Shown here: positions 13,430 through 26,940 of the stretch, piece after piece | Position numbering within the stretch: position 1 is the first letter of the stretch | How the letters are laid out: every line of letters starts with the position of its first letter | Translations under genes and position numbers: made by a program | Notes under the pieces: model-generated | What the model was told of the DNA's origin: nothing | What the model saw: only the letters and a program-made list of their open reading frames with translations | Databases searched by the model: none | Origin: Mobula hypostoma | Lineage: Eukaryota | Length of the DNA stretch: 64,000 nt | Assembly (NCBI RefSeq): GCF_963921235.1 | Contig: NC_086101.1 | Location: forward strand, 6,574,001-6,638,000 | Direction of reading: 5' to 3'

Positions 13430-13930
13430 TGCATCCTCAGAGTTCAAAGTAGATTTATTATCAAAGTAAGTGTGTGTCACCACATACTATACCAAGATCC
13501 ATTTTCTTGCGGGTATTCATAGTAGAACAAAAAAGTACAATAGAACCATTGAAAAACTTCATGCAAATACTGACAAACAACCAACATGCAACAGAAGAGA
13601 AATTGTGCAAAAAAAAACATAAATAAATAGTAACGAGAATACGAGTTGTAGAGTCCTTGAAAGTGAGCTTATTGCTTATGGAATCAGTTTAGTATTGAGG
13701 TGAGTGAAGTTTTCGGCTCTGGTTTAGAAACCTGATGGTTGTAGGGTAATAACTGTTCCTGAATCTGATGGAGCGGGATGTGAGGTTTCCATACCTCCTT
13801 CCTGATGAGAAGAGAGCGCGGCCTGGGCGGTGGGGGTCCTTGGAGAAGGCTGCTGCTTTCTTGAGCCACTGTGTAAATGGTGGGGAGGGTTTTCCCTGTG
13901 ATGGGCTGGGCTGTATTCTCCACTTGCCTT
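13430..13930 (-). mobile_element. Rex1/Babar-like 3' fragment
   Basis: 'KDPHRPGRALFSSGRRYGNLTSRSIRFRNSYYPTTIRFLN'. Confidence 0.65.
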
Positions 13931-14073
13931 CATTAGTGGAGGCACTGAGTTCAAGAGCCAGGAAGTTTTGTTGCAATTTTATAAAGCTCAACGGGCAGCA
14001 AGTCTGATGTAATCTCTGTTACAGATTAGACAGCCATTCCTGATCAATTCACATCTGTGCTTCTATATTTCAG

Positions 14074-14096
14074 GAGGACTCTTGGCGTAATACAAG
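14074..14096 (+). CDS. TRIM gene B exon 4 (23 nt)
   Basis: tttcag|GAGGAC...ACAAG|gtag; canonical 23-nt TRIM exon, homologous to 38630-38652. Confidence 0.88.
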
Positions 14097-14191
14097 GTAG
14101 GATGTGTTCTTTATTGAGGCTCTCCAAGGTGTGTACAAATTGCTCAGAAACGTGTTGATAGCTAATTTGGGATTGTGTTTAATATTTACAG

Positions 14192-14307
14192 TGGAAATGA
14201 TGAGCACCAGGAACTGTCAGTCAAGGACGGCTTTCTGAATGTGGAAAAATTCAAAGGACCTTTCTTGGAAACAGTGTGGAAGGAGATCCTCGATGCCTTT
14301 AATCCTG
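14192..14307 (+). CDS. TRIM gene B exon 5 (116 nt, linker)
   Basis: tttacag|T GGA AAT...AATCCTG|gtaa; encodes GNDEHQELSVKDGFLNVEKFKGPFLETVWKEILDAFNP; phases match both neighbours. Confidence 0.9.
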
Positions 14308-15379
14308 GTAAAACTTCAGCTTCCTTTTACCCTGATTTGTTCATTACTCTTTTGACAAATAAAATCAGATCGTTATACAGTAGATGAGGATGCAAAGACG
14401 AGAGTAGATGACAGATGTAAAGCACCTGAAATTTAGGGCTGTTTCCCTTCATCAGGACAGGTCTGACAGGGTCTCAGCCTGAAACATCGACTGTTTCTTC
14501 CCCTCCACAGATGTTGCCTGACCTGCTGAGCTCCTCCAGCATTTTGTGCATACATTATTTTGTGCATGTTACTCTGGATTCCCAGCATCTGTTGAATCTC
14601 TTGTTGTGTCTATCATTTTGAAATTTCATTCATATACCAAATCTAGCTTCTTTTCTGTATAGGCTTAGTAAAGTATCAGTTCAAACTAGAGTCAAAGAGT
14701 CATGGGGTGGCAGTGACTGGTGTTCAATTCTCACCGCTGTCTGTAAGGAGTTTCTATGCTCGTGTTGGTGGTCTGATTTCCTCCCATGTTCCAAGGATGT
14801 GTGAGTTAGGGTTAGTACTTTGTGGGCATTCTGCTTTGGTGCCACTTGCTGACTCCTCCCAGCACATCCTGAGACTGTTAGTCATTGGCACAGACAGCAC
14901 ATTGTCACTCTATGTTTCGATGTTCGTGTGACAAATAAAGCAAATATTTGAAAATCATTAATCTTTAGAGAGATAAAGCAATGCAGAGTGGATAAAGGCC
15001 CTTCAGCCCAACCAGCTCATACTGACCACGGTGCTCACTCAGCTGGTCTGAATGTCCTGTGATCGGTCCATATCCTTCCAGGCCCCATCATGTACCCACC
15101 CAGTCCTTCTTAAATGATATTATCGTATCTCCCTCAGACTGTCCACTTGACAGCTTGTTCCAGACCCCCACCGTCCTCTGAGTGAAAACAGTTGCCCTTT
15201 AGGTTGCTTTTAAACTTTTCCCCTCTCACTCTAAACCTATGGCTCCACTCACTAACCCATCCTTCCATACCCCCCCCCACCACTACTTCATCATTTCCTG
15301 TCAGAGTCACTTCTGTGCTGAGCATCACTTTATGAACATACAATCATTCCATGTGTATAAGCTGTGTAATGTTGTCAAT

Positions 15380-16170
15380 AATTCCATTTAATATCAGAGA
15401 ATGTATACAATACACAGCCTGAAATTCTCACTCTTCGCAGACATCCATGAAAAGAGAATTGTACCCCAAAGAATGAGTGACAGTAACCTCAAAGGCCCCC
15501 TACTCCCCCTCCGACACACAAGCAGTGGCAACAATCGAACCTCCCACACTTACTACAGCAAAAGGCATTAGCACCCACCAAGCAAGCAACAGCAAAGCCC
15601 CCATGATCTGCAGTACAACAAAAACTAATTGCTCACCCAATCCATTCAACATGCCACAGGCTCTCTCTCTCTCTCTCCCTGACAAAGGAGCAGGCAGGTG
15701 GCACACAACAAGAAGGGAGACAAATAATAAAAACTACTGATTGATGTTAAAGTCTGCCGTGTTGCTGTTTTTCCTGAGTTCTATAACTTGGGAATGGGCA
15801 ACAAACTCTTCCCCCACCAGTGAGAGCAAGAGAGAGCGCGCGTGGTTCAGTGAGCACAGAGATCTCTGATAGCCGATCCGCTGTTCCCGGTATTCCCTTT
15901 TCTCCAGTGACACTTCAGTCGGTGACACTAACATAGAACTGGCTCATCCACGGGGTCGCAAAGCCTCAGCACCCCACAGGTGCACTTCCCTTCGAGGCCG
16001 CACCCTTGGTTTATTGAAAAGCGGCCGGTCAGTGAGCCCCAAGAGCGGAAGCCATCACCGTAAAGAATGGTAGTTTGTGTGCAGCTGCAGGTCTAGAGCA
16101 CTGACAGAATCCTATCCACATTGAAAAGGGAAAAAACGACATTAAGGGTAGAAATTAAGCTGTTTCCACA
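15380..16170 (-). repeat. Unclassified ~800-bp interspersed repeat, related to 37725-38540
   Basis: Shared blocks 'cagagaatgtatacaatac..cctgaaattc', 'ccccaaagaatga', 'acaggctctctct', 'gatgttaaa..gtctg' and 'agaaat..aagctgtttcc'. Confidence 0.6.
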
Positions 16171-16869
16171 GAAGCTCTCTTATTAATTAAGCTCGAAGAA
16201 GCAGCTCTCTAATGCCATTGTTGATTTACAGTTATTTACTTTTATTATTTCTATATATTTATATTTATTGTGTTCTTTATCTCATTGTTTTTTTGTGCTG
16301 CATCAGATCCAGAGTAACAATTATTTTGTTCTCCTTTACGTCTGTGCAACATTACACAATCCCGATGAAGGGTCTCAGCCCGAAACGTCGACTGTTGGCT
16401 CTTTTCCACAGATGCAGCCTGACCTGCTGAGTTCTTCCAGCATTTTGTGTGTATTGCTTTGGATTTCCAGCATCTGCAGACTTTCTCATGTCTTGAATCT
16501 TGAATCTACTTTTGAGCTCCCTGGGGAGAAGACTGTTATCATCCTCTTTATCTCTGCCACTCATAATTTAAATCTCTCATTCTCCAACGTTCAGAGGGAT
16601 GAAGATATAGTCTACCACCCTCTCCCTACCAGGCCTATAACTATTTAACAAGAAGTGTCTCAGAATGAAACCAATAGAATATCATTTACACTTACTACAG
16701 GCATGTTAAATCAGCTGGTGCCTTGAGAAGTGCTGGTAAACCTATGGCACGTGTGCCCAAGATGGCACATGCAAAACGTCTGTTGGCACGCAGCATGCAG
16801 TGCTGCCCCTCAATTCTTTAAACACTACCCATATTAAAAAGATACATGATGATTATCTTTACTGCATGG

Positions 16870-17520
16870 ATAACATCTAGCAATGGACCCAATGACTTCT
16901 CGATACACAGGATGGACCAAACTGCTGATTTGGAAAAGGCAAAAGGTAGAATTGCGTGTTTCACAACAGACTCTCGGTTGTGTTCCAACGTGGCAGTTTT
17001 GTCAAACTCGTGTTCCCCCAACTTTGAAGGTCTAAAGATCAAATGCCAACCATGCTACTGTATTTATTTACCAAGGGAGTTCTCCTCCGTGATCCTGGCC
17101 GCAGTTTACATAACATCAGTGGCCGATTATAATCAAGCGCTTGAGATACTGCATGATCAGGGTTGTTTGAAGAAATCCCTGCCCAATTATCATCAGCATA
17201 TAACCTGTATCACCAGGGGTCCCAACACATTAGACCACTTATACGAAGATAAGGAGTGCCTACCATTCCATTCCCAGACAGCATTTCAGGAAATCAGATC
17301 ATTTGGCTGTCTTCCTGCGCAGAGGCCAAGGAGCAGAGCTCCAGTGATGAGGACAACAAGGAGGTGGTTGTGGGAGGCAGAGGAGTGGATATGGTATTCC
17401 CTGAGTCAGTGGACGGAACCATGTTCAAGGACCCATCTGTGGATCTGAATGAATACACCGTGGCTGTCATAGACTTCATAAAAACAGTCATAGACAAGTA
17501 TGTCCCCACAATATCGTGTA
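16870..17520 (+). mobile_element. Rex1-like LINE endonuclease-region fragment (decayed)
   Basis: 'CSPNFEGLKIKCQPC..YLPREFSSVILAAVYI' and 'HQHITCITRGPNTLDH'. Confidence 0.75.
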
Positions 17521-17859
17521 TAGAATCCCACACTTTGAATATTGCATTTAGTTCTGGATGACTCATTCTGATTCCTGGTCTGCATTTTACCATTCCCAGC
17601 TGTATTTTAAATTCAATCTACAATCCATATTCAGATCTGAAGGTTGGTTGCTAAAGTTAATGATCTATATATACCCTAACTCCAAAATATACCTGAACAA
17701 GGGGTCTAATTTTAAGGTGATTGGAGGAAAATATAGAGGGGATGTCAGAAGTAGGCGTTTTATACAGAGGGTGCTGGATGTGTGGAATGCGGGGGCAGTG
17801 GTAACCCACTCTATGTCTTCAGTTTCAGAACCAGTATTTAGTTTTTAATATAAGTTTAG

Positions 17860-18395
17860 AATAGAATAGAATATCTTTATTGTCATTGTTGTGGAGCAAT
17901 GAAACACAGTTTAGCAGCTCAACGTTTTGCAGCATGACAAAGAATATATACATAAAATAAACTCTAAAACCTCAGGAGTGCAGTCCAAAGTTAATAATAT
18001 ATGGATGGCGGGGTAGGACTATTGCACACCTGCCATTCCTGGAAGTGTGATGCATTTAGCTGCCGCTGTCTTAGGAGGGGGGCAGGAGAAGGGAAGGGGG
18101 TGTTATACATTTCACTGCTTGTGGATAGAAGCTGTTAAGGAATCTCTCTGTTTTCGTCCTTAATGCTCTGCATCTCTTCCCAGAAGGTAGAGGGGAAAAC
18201 AGGTGATGTCCAGGATGAGTGGGATCCTTTGAAATACAAGTAGCCGCCTTTTGAAGTCTGCCAGTATAAATGTCTCTGAGGGAGGGTAATGTTGTGCCAA
18301 TAACCCGCTCTGCTACCCTCACCACCCACTGCAAGTCTTTCCTGTTCTGTTCTGTGCAGCTGGCAAACCACACTGCACAGCAATACGTTGTAGCC
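17860..18395 (-). mobile_element. Rex1/Babar-like 3' fragment with (TTCTA)n tail
   Basis: ORF 18071..18397(-) 'KDPTHPGHHLFSPLPSGKRCRALRTKTERFLNSFYPQAV'; 'tagaatagaatagaat' tail on the + strand. Confidence 0.8.
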
Positions 18396-18620
18396 ATTAA
18401 TCAACTTAAAGTCTGCCATTGGTGGTGGTAGAGGCAGGGACATTAGGGGCATTTAAAAGACTCTTAGATAGGAATATGGGTGAAAGAAAAAATGCAGGGC
18501 TGTGCGAGAGGGAAGGGTGAGATTGATCTTGGAGTGGGTTAAAAGATTGACACAGTACAGTGGGCCATTACTGTTCTATGTTCAATCAGTATTTTCTTTG
18601 TTCCCACACCCCTTCCTCAG

Positions 18621-19153
18621 CTTCTGTGACCCTGGATGTGGAAACGGCAAATCCGAGACTGGAAGTGTCGGACGATCGGAAGAGCGTGCGGCTGAGCGGG
18701 ACCTGGAGCAGTCTCCCTGACACCGGCAAGAGGTTCACCGACTGGGCTGGTGTGCTGGGCTCAGAGGGATTCACAATGGGGAGACATTACTGGGAGGTTG
18801 CGGTGGCGGGAAATTATGTCTGGAGTGTGGGAATTGCTGCAGAGTCTGTGGAGAGGAAGGGATGGGTGGGATTGATCCCAGAGAATGGATTCTGGACTAT
18901 CGGACGGGTTGGTGCCAGATTTTATGTGAACACTTCCCCTGGGTCCCCTCTCCCTGCTGAGTCCATACCGGAGAAGCTGGGGATTCGTCTCAGTTACGGG
19001 CTGGGCACGGTTTCATTTTACAACGCGGACACCAAGTCTCATCTCCACACCTTCACTGGGAATAAATTCACGGAGAAACTTTATCCTTTCTTCTGGACTG
19101 GGGATGAAAATAAGTGGCTGAGAATCTGCTCCGGTTCCGCTCTGGGTCTGTAA
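18621..19153 (+). CDS. TRIM gene B exon 6: B30.2/PRY-SPRY. Spliced CDS is 1413 nt (470 aa)
   Basis: ccttcctcag acceptor; ASVTLDVETANP...GRHYWEV...EKLYPFF; TAA at 19151-19153. Exon lengths sum in frame. Confidence 0.95.
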
Positions 19154-19278
19154 GCGGGTCGGGTTGCAGAACCAATGTCGGGAGTGGGGCTCATGGGCTG
19201 TAGGGGCAGAAACCCCTTTGAAAACAAGATGGCGTTGAATGGGTCCCATTTCACAAATAAGTCCCAGTGAAGTCTGTA

Positions 19279-19331
19279 AATAAAACCAGCGAGAAAACAA
19301 AGGTCAGAAGAATGATAAGTAAATGAATAAA
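19279..19331 (+). terminator. Candidate polyadenylation signals of gene B (AATAAA at 19279 and 19326)
   Basis: Two AATAAA hexamers 125-175 nt after the stop codon. Confidence 0.5.
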
Positions 19332-20839
19332 TTCTCCCACGCCTCTTCTACTGTCATTTGCTCCCTGCCTCGTTCACTCAATCCATACCATCGCCTTTTG
19401 TATAATTGATGTTTTTCATGTGAGTGCTGGGTCTGTGGGAGATACAGCAAAGCAAGGGTTAAAGACAATGTCCAGGCGAAGATGACTACAGCAGTGTGTA
19501 TTCAAAACCAGACAAGGGAGAGCTTTGAAGTGAGACTGCCGGAGACGCCTCTGCTCACCACGGACAAGATAGGCAGGGGTGACTGCGGCAGTCTGTACTC
19601 GAAGCCAGATGAGTGAGGACTTACTGTACACAATAGAGGGTGCTGGAGACAGGTGAGATAAGAATAATGGAAGGATGTGAAACTTGCTTCTCTAACTTTA
19701 AAGTGTCATCGGTTGCCAGCTTGTAGCTTCTATTGACTTTAACACCTCCATTGTGAATGGCAATTGATCTTACAAGTAAGGAATTGAACCATATACAATT
19801 TACCAAATGGTCAATATCCGTAACTGATAAGCCAATTCTGTAGAAAACCAGCAGTGTTCTGTCCTGGCTTCAGAGGAGTGTGGATAACAGGGACTATACT
19901 GTTCTCCTTATGCACAAGTAGAATAAAGTGTGGTTGAGTTGTAAGAGTGTGTGCATTCCTGTTATTTTATTTTATTTCATTATCAGTGATGGGTATTTAA
20001 TGCTCTGTGTCTGTGATGTTGCTGCAAATGTCTTTCATTACACCTGTTTGTATGTGTAGTTATGAATATGCCCATAAACGTCTTTAACTTGACTTCATCT
20101 GTCTTGAGCTGGGAGTCCTCTGTCTGTACCCCTCACTCTAGAAAAGCAAAAGGACTCAAGCTGCTGAATTGAAGAGGAAAAATTGAGAAGAATGCTGCAG
20201 ATACGCAGAGTAAAAATGACACCATATCAGAAGGATTAAAGGTTTTTGCTGAGTTATGTTATCCACTATTCGTGTTATGGAAGTGATGCACCTGGCCCAC
20301 CAAGACAAAACTATATGTACTTGAAAACCTGAGTAAAAACGAGAGAGAGAGCTTTGCGAGAGTAGGAGGCCCAACTGATTCACTCCACAGTCAATGGGCC
20401 GGGTACACACTTGCCACATCCTTGCAATTGATATGATGCAGGTCAAAGACGGTATCCATGAAAAATCAATCTAGGGGGATTCAGCAGCAAATGGAAAAAG
20501 GAATCTTCAAGGATTGACGATGACCACGCTGATATGGATAGAGCCAGTGTATATAACTGCTCTGAGTGATCTGATGATTCAGCTGGTTTGGACAAGAGGA
20601 GAAAAGGTGACAAGAGAGAGAAGAAATGTAAATAATCATCTCTTTCCCAAAAGATTCTCTATTTTGATGCAACGGGTTGCAGGGTCTTCTTTGGCCAGAG
20701 GACCTGGTGCCGTGTTCGGGGCATCTGCCGGCCTGAAACCAGACAAAATGCCGATTAACACTCGGTCAGCCGACAGACAACGTGCTGTTAAAGGCGCAAA
20801 GTTGAATTTACAGAATTTTTTTCAATTAGGTCATACACC

Positions 20840-22375
20840 AAAGATAGGAGAACATGGAATTCTGGGCAATATATTAATGAGGATAGATAATTGATTGTTA
20901 GGAGGTAAACAAAGGTTAGATTTATTTATCACAAGTACATTGAAACATACTGTGCCGGCCTTTTGCAAGCATTCAGTACAGATGCATCTGTGCATTGAGG
21001 TAGTACAAAGTAACAGTAACAGAATGCAGAATAAAGCATCACCGTTACACAGGAAGTGAAGTGCATGCCATTTTTTAAAAATCTTCGTCTTGCCGTCTCA
21101 AAATTTATACACCCCTCGGCCTCCTCAGTTAAAATAAAAAAAAGTACTGTTCTACCCTCCATGTGCTTTTGCAAACGGAGGTACAATCGGTGTTGAGAAA
21201 CATAGCTCAGTTGGGGAGACAGACCTGGGGAGTGGTATTTAAAATAAAGATAAAGATTAGCTTTATTTGTCACAGGTGCATCAAAGGGGAACACTTTGCA
21301 TGCAGCGACGACAATCCATTAGTTTTAAAGTAAGTATGCAAAGGATAGGTCTGGTCCTCGGTTTGAGATTCTAAATCAGAGGAAAGCCAATTTTGATGGC
21401 ACCAGAAATGATCTGGCAAGTGTGGGTGGGACAGGCTATTTTCTGGCAAAGATGTACTTGAAAAGTGGGTGGCTTTCAAAAACAAATTTTGAGAGTACAA
21501 AGCCTGTCAGAATAAAAGGTAAAGATAACAAGTTCAGGAACATTTGTTTTCAATAGAAATTGAAGCCCTGGGGTAAGAGAATAAAGGAGGTGCATAGCAG
21601 GTATAAGCAACTAGGAAGAAATGAGGTTCCTCTGGAGTACAAGAAATGCAAGTGAGCACTTGATAAATAACTCAGGAGGGCTAAAAGGAGGCACAAAGTT
21701 GCTGCAGCTGACAAGGTGAAGGAGAATCCTTAGGGAATCTACAGATATGTTAAGAGCAAAAGGATTGCAAGAGACAAAACTGGTCCTCTGGAAGACCAGA
21801 ATGGTAATCCATGTATGGAGGCAAAGAAGATGAGGGAGATGTTAAACAAATTCTTTGCATCTGTATACTAACTCGGGAGACAGGTACGCAGTCTATAGAA
21901 ATCAGGCAGAGTGGCATTAACTTCATGGAGCCAGTGCAGATTACAGAGAAGGAAGTGTTTGCTACCCTGAGGCAAATCTGGATGGATAAGTGCTCATGGC
22001 CTGTTGAGGTGTTCCCTCGGACCCTACAGGAGGCAAGTGAAAAAGTTGCCGGGGCCCTAGAAGAGATATTTGAAAGATCCTTAGTGACAGGAGAGGTACC
22101 AAAGGATTGGAGGATAGCCAATGTTGTTCCACTGTTTAAAGATTTTAGGCTGGTGAGTCTGACGTCAGTTATTGGAAGGTATCCTAAGGGAACAAACATA
22201 TAAATGGATAGACATTGACTGATTAAGGATAGTCAACATGGATTTGTGTGTGGTAGGTTATTCCTAACCAATCTTACAGAGTTTTTCGAGACAGCTACCA
22301 GGAAGGTGGATGAAGGCAGGGCAGCTGATGTTGTCTACATGGACTTTAGTAAGGCATTTGACAAGGTTCTGCACA
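20840..22375 (+). mobile_element. Decayed CR1 ORF2 fragments, interrupted
   Basis: 'GEVPKDWRIANVVPLFK' and 'DVVYMDFSKAFDKV' with frameshifts. Confidence 0.8.
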
Positions 22376-22943
22376 GGAGAACTCAGCAGGCCAGGCAACA
22401 TCTATGGAATAGAGAGAACAGTCGACATTTCAGCTCCAGACCCTTCATCAGGACTGGAGAGAAAATGGAAGAGACGTCAGCGTAAGAAGGTGGGGGGAGG
22501 GGAGGAAGAAATTCAAGGTAGTAGGTAATGGGTGGAACTGGGAGGGGGAATCTGACAGGAGAGGACAGAAGGCTGTGGAAGAAAGGGAAGGGAGAGGAGG
22601 ACCAGAGGGAGGCGATGGGTAGGTAAGGAGATCAGGTGAGAGAGGGAAATGGGAATGGGGAGTGGTGAAGGAGGGGACCGCGCATTACTGGAAGTCTGAG
22701 AAATCAATATCATGCCATCTGGTTGGAGTCTACCCAGGCAGAAGATAAGGTGTCCTCCAACCTGAGTGTGGCCTCATTGTGCCAGTAGGGGAGGTCATGG
22801 ACTGACATGTTGGAATGGGAAGTGGAATTAAAATGGCTGACCACTGGGAGATCACACTTTTTCTGCCAGACAAATTATAGGTCCTTGGCCAAACAGTCTC
22901 CCAATCTACATCGGGACTCACCGATATACAGGAGGCCACACTG
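22376..22943 (-). mobile_element. Penelope-like element fragment
   Basis: 'QCGLLYIGESRCRLGDCLA' GIY-YIG motif at the junction; terminal repeat with a hammerhead-like motif at ~22420-22456. Confidence 0.8.
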
Positions 22944-23682
22944 AAATGCCAGCATACCATTCGCCTTTTTCACCGCCTGCTGTACCTGCATGCCCACTTT
23001 CAATGACTGGTGTATAATGACACCCAGGTCTCGTTGCACCTCCCCTTTTCCTAATCGGCCACCATTCAGATAATAATCTGTTTTCCTATTTTTGCCACCA
23101 AAATGGATAACTTCACATTTATCCACATTAAATTGCATCTGCCATGAATTTGCCCACTCACCCAACCTATCCAAGTCACCCTGCATCCCCTTAGCATCCT
23201 CCTCACTGCTAACACTGCCACCCAGCTTCGTGTCATCCGCAAACTTGGAGATGCTGCATTTAATTCCCTCATCCAAGTCATCAATATATATTGTAAACAA
23301 CTGGGGTCCCAGCACTGAGCCTTACGGTACCCCACTAGTCACCGCCTGCCATTCTGAAAAGGTCCCGTTTATTCCCACTCTTTGCTTCCTGTCTGCTAAC
23401 CAATTCTCCACCCACACCAATACCTTACCCCCAATATCGTGTGCTTTAAGTTTGCACACTAATCTCCTGTGTGGGACCTTGTCAAAAGCCTTCTAAAAAT
23501 CCAAATATACCACATCCACTGGTTACCCCCTATCCACTCTACTAGTTACATCCACAAAAAATTCTAAGAGATTCGTCAGACATGATTTTCCTTTTACAAA
23601 TCCATGCTGACTTTGTCCGACCATTTCACCGCTTTCCAAATGTGCTGTTATCACATCCTTGATAACTGACTCCAGCAGTTTT
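22944..23682 (-). mobile_element. Young CR1, host copy, 3' part (RT region), truncated at the Penelope junction
   Basis: Reverse complement is nearly identical to 24421-25158 and continues directly from 25795(-). Confidence 0.92.
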
Positions 23683-25796
23683 GCATGCATGAACTACAAC
23701 AATTGTTCATCCCAGTTTGGCAAAAGAATAAATCAAGGAAGGTAGTGCACCCGTGGCTGACAAGAGAAATTAGGGATAGTATCAATTCCAAAGAAGTAGC
23801 ATACAAATTAGCCAGAGAAAGTGGCTCACCTGAGGACTGGGAGAAATTCAGAGTTCAGCAGAGGAGGACAAAGGGCTTAATTAGGAAGGGGAAAAAAGAT
23901 TATGAGAGAAAACTGGCAGAGAACATAAAAACGTACTGTAAAAGCTTTTATAGATATGTAAAAAGGAAAAGACTGATAAAGACAAATGTAGGTCCCCTGC
24001 AAACAGAAACAGGTGAATTGATTATGGGGAGCAAGGACATGGCAGACCAATTGAATAATTACTTTGGTTCTGTCTTCACTAAGGAGGACATAAATAATCT
24101 TCCAGAAATAGTAAGGGACAGAGGGTCCAGTGAGATGGAGGAACTTGAGCGAAATACATGTTAGTAGGGAAGTGGTGTTAGGTAAATTGAAGGGATTGAA
24201 GGCAGATAAATCCCCAGGGCCAGATGGTCTGCATCCCAGAGTGCTTAAGGAAGTGGCCCAAGAAATAGTGGATGCATTAGTGATAATTTTTCAAAACTCG
24301 TTAGATTCTGGACTAGTTCCTGAGGATTGGAGCGTGGCTAATGTAACCCCACTTTTTAAAAAAGGAGGGAGAGAGAAACCGGGGAATTATAGGCCGGTTA
24401 GCCTAACGTCGGTGGTGGGGAAACTGCTGGAGTCAGTTATCAAGGATGTGATAACAGCACATTTGGAAAGCGGTGAAATGATCGGACAAAGTCAGCATGG
24501 ATTTGTGAAAGGAAAATCATGTCTGACGAATCTCATAGAATTTTTTGAGGATGTAACTAGTAGAGTGGATAGGGGAGAACCAGTGGATGTGGTATATTTG
24601 GATTTTCAAAAGGCTTTTGACAACGTCCCACATAGGAGATTAGTGTGCAAACTTAAAGCACACGGTATTGGGGGTAAGGTATTGGTGTGGGTGGAGAATT
24701 GGTTAGCAGACAGGAAGAAAAGAGTGGGAATAAACGGGACCTTTTCAGAATGGCAGGCGGTGACTAGTGGGGTACCGCAAGGCTCAGTGCTGGGACCCCA
24801 GTTGTTTACAATATATATTAATGACTTGGATGAGGGAATTAAATGCAGCATCTCCAAGTTTGCGGATGACACAAAGCTGGGTGGCAGTGTTAGCAGTGAG
24901 GAGGATGCTAAGAGGATGCAGGGTGACTTGGATAGGTTGGGTGAGTGGGCAAACTCATGGCAGATGCAATTTAATGTGGATAAATGTGAAGTTATCCACT
25001 TTGGTGGCAAAAATAGGAAAACAGATTATTATCTGAATGGTGGCCAATTAGGAAAAGGGGAGGTGCAACGAGACCTGGGTGTCATTATACACCAGTCATT
25101 GAAAGTGGGCATGCAGGTACAGCAGGCGGTGAAAAAGGCGAACGGTATGCTGGCATTTATAGCGAGAGGATTCGAGTACAGGAGCAGGGAGGTACTACTG
25201 CAGTTGTACAAGGCCTTGGTGAGACCACACCTGGAGTATTGTGTGCAGTTTTGGTCCCCTAATCTGAGGAAAGACATCTTTGCCATAGAGGGAGTACAAA
25301 GAAGGTTCACCAGATTGATTCCTGGGATGGCAGGTCTTTCATATGAAGAAAGACTGGATGAACTGGGCTTGTACTCGTTGGAATTTAGAAGATTGAGGGG
25401 GGATCTGATTGAAACGTATAAGATCCTAAAGGGATTGGACAGGCTAGATGCGGGAAGATTGTTCCCGATGTTGGGGAGGTCTAGAACGAGGGATCACAGT
25501 TTGGGAGGATAGAGGGGAAGCCTTTTAGGACCGAGGTTAGGAAAAACTTCTTCACACAGAGAGTGGTGAATCTGTGGAATTCTCTGCCACAGCAAACTGT
25601 TGAGGCCAGTTCATTAGCTATGTTTAAAAGGAAGTTAGATATGGCCCTTGTGGCTACAGGGGTCAGGGGGTATGGAGGGAAGGCTGGGGTCTGAGTTGGA
25701 TGATCAGCCATGATCATAATAAATGGTGGTGCAGGCTCGAAGGGCCGAATGGCCTACTCCTGCACCTATTTTCTATGTTTCTATGTTTCTATGTTT
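23681..25796 (+). mobile_element. Young 5'-truncated CR1 (RT domain, 3' UTR, (TTCTATGT)n tail) inserted antisense in a same-family copy
   Basis: ORFs 23685..24164 and 24130..25512 (GVPQGSVLGP, KFADD); 1-nt frameshift near 24145; tail at 25771-25796. Confidence 0.95.
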
Positions 25797-26934
25797 CCCC
25801 ACCACCGACGTTAAGCTAACCGGTCTATAATTCCCCGGTTTCTCTCTCCCTCCTTTTTTAAAAAGTGGGGTTACATTAGCCACCCTCCAATCCTCAGGAA
25901 CTAGTCCAGAATCTAACGAGTTTTGAAAAATTATCACTAATGCATCCACTATTTTTTGGGCTACTTCCTTAAGTACTCTAGGATGCAGACCATCTGGCCC
26001 TGGAGATTTATCTGCCTTCAATCCCTTCAATTTACCTAACACCACTTCCCTACTAACTTGTATTTCGCTCAGTTCCTCCATCTGACTGGACCCTCTGTCC
26101 CTTACTATTTCTGGAAGATTATTTATGTCCTTCTTAGTGAAGACAGAACCAAAGTAATTATTCAATTGGTCTGCCATGTCCTTGCTCCCCATAATCAATT
26201 CACCTGTTTCTGTCTGCAGGGGACCTACATTTGTCTTTACCAGTCTTTTCCTTTTTACATATCTATAAAAGCTTTTACAGTCCGTTTTTATGTTCCCTGC
26301 CAGTTTACTCTTATAATCTTTTTTCCCCTTCCTAATTAAGCCCTTTGTCCTCCTCTGCTGAACTCTGAATTTCTCCCAGTCCTCAGGTGAGCCACTTTCT
26401 CTGGCTAATTTGTATGCTTCTTCTTTGGAATTGATACTATCCCTAATTTCTCTTGTCAGCCACGGGTGCACTACCTTCCTTGATTTATTCTTTTGCCAAA
26501 CTGGGATGAACAATTGTTGTAGTTCATCCATGCAACCTTTAAATGCTTGCCATTGTATATCCACCGTCAATCCTTTAAGTGTCATTTGCCAGTCTATCTT
26601 AGCTAATTCACGTCTCATACCTTCAAAGTTACCCCTCTTTAAGTTCAGAACCTTTGTTTCTGAATTAACTATGTCACTCTCCATCTTAATGAAGAATTCC
26701 ACCATATTATAGTTACTCTTACCCAAGGGGCCTCTCACGACAAGATTGCTAATTAACCCTTCCTCATTGCTCAAAACCCAGTCCAGAATAGCCTGCTCTC
26801 TCGTTGGTTCCTCGACATGTTGGTTCAAAAAACCATCCCGCATACATTCCAAGAAATCCTCTTCCTCAGCACCTTTACCAATTTGGTTCACCCAGTCTAC
26901 ATGTAGATTGAAGTCACCCATTATAACTGCTGTT
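25793..26934 (-). mobile_element. Young CR1, host copy, 5' part (endonuclease C-terminal half to RT start)
   Basis: ORF 25773..26921(-) 'MGDFNLHVDW...EPTREQAILDWVLSN...NYRPVSLTSVVGK'. Confidence 0.93.
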
Positions 26935-26940
26935 ATAACT

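Noticed and set aside
16728..16800. Possible hAT terminal sequence ('gtgctggtaaacctatggcacgtgtgcc')
   Set aside because: No partner TIR or 8-bp TSD was found, and the fragment is too short to call.
22875..23315. ORF fusing CR1 RT to a GIY-YIG motif as a novel chimeric protein
   Set aside because: It is a chance in-frame junction between a truncated CR1 and a Penelope fragment, and it stops about 20 codons later.
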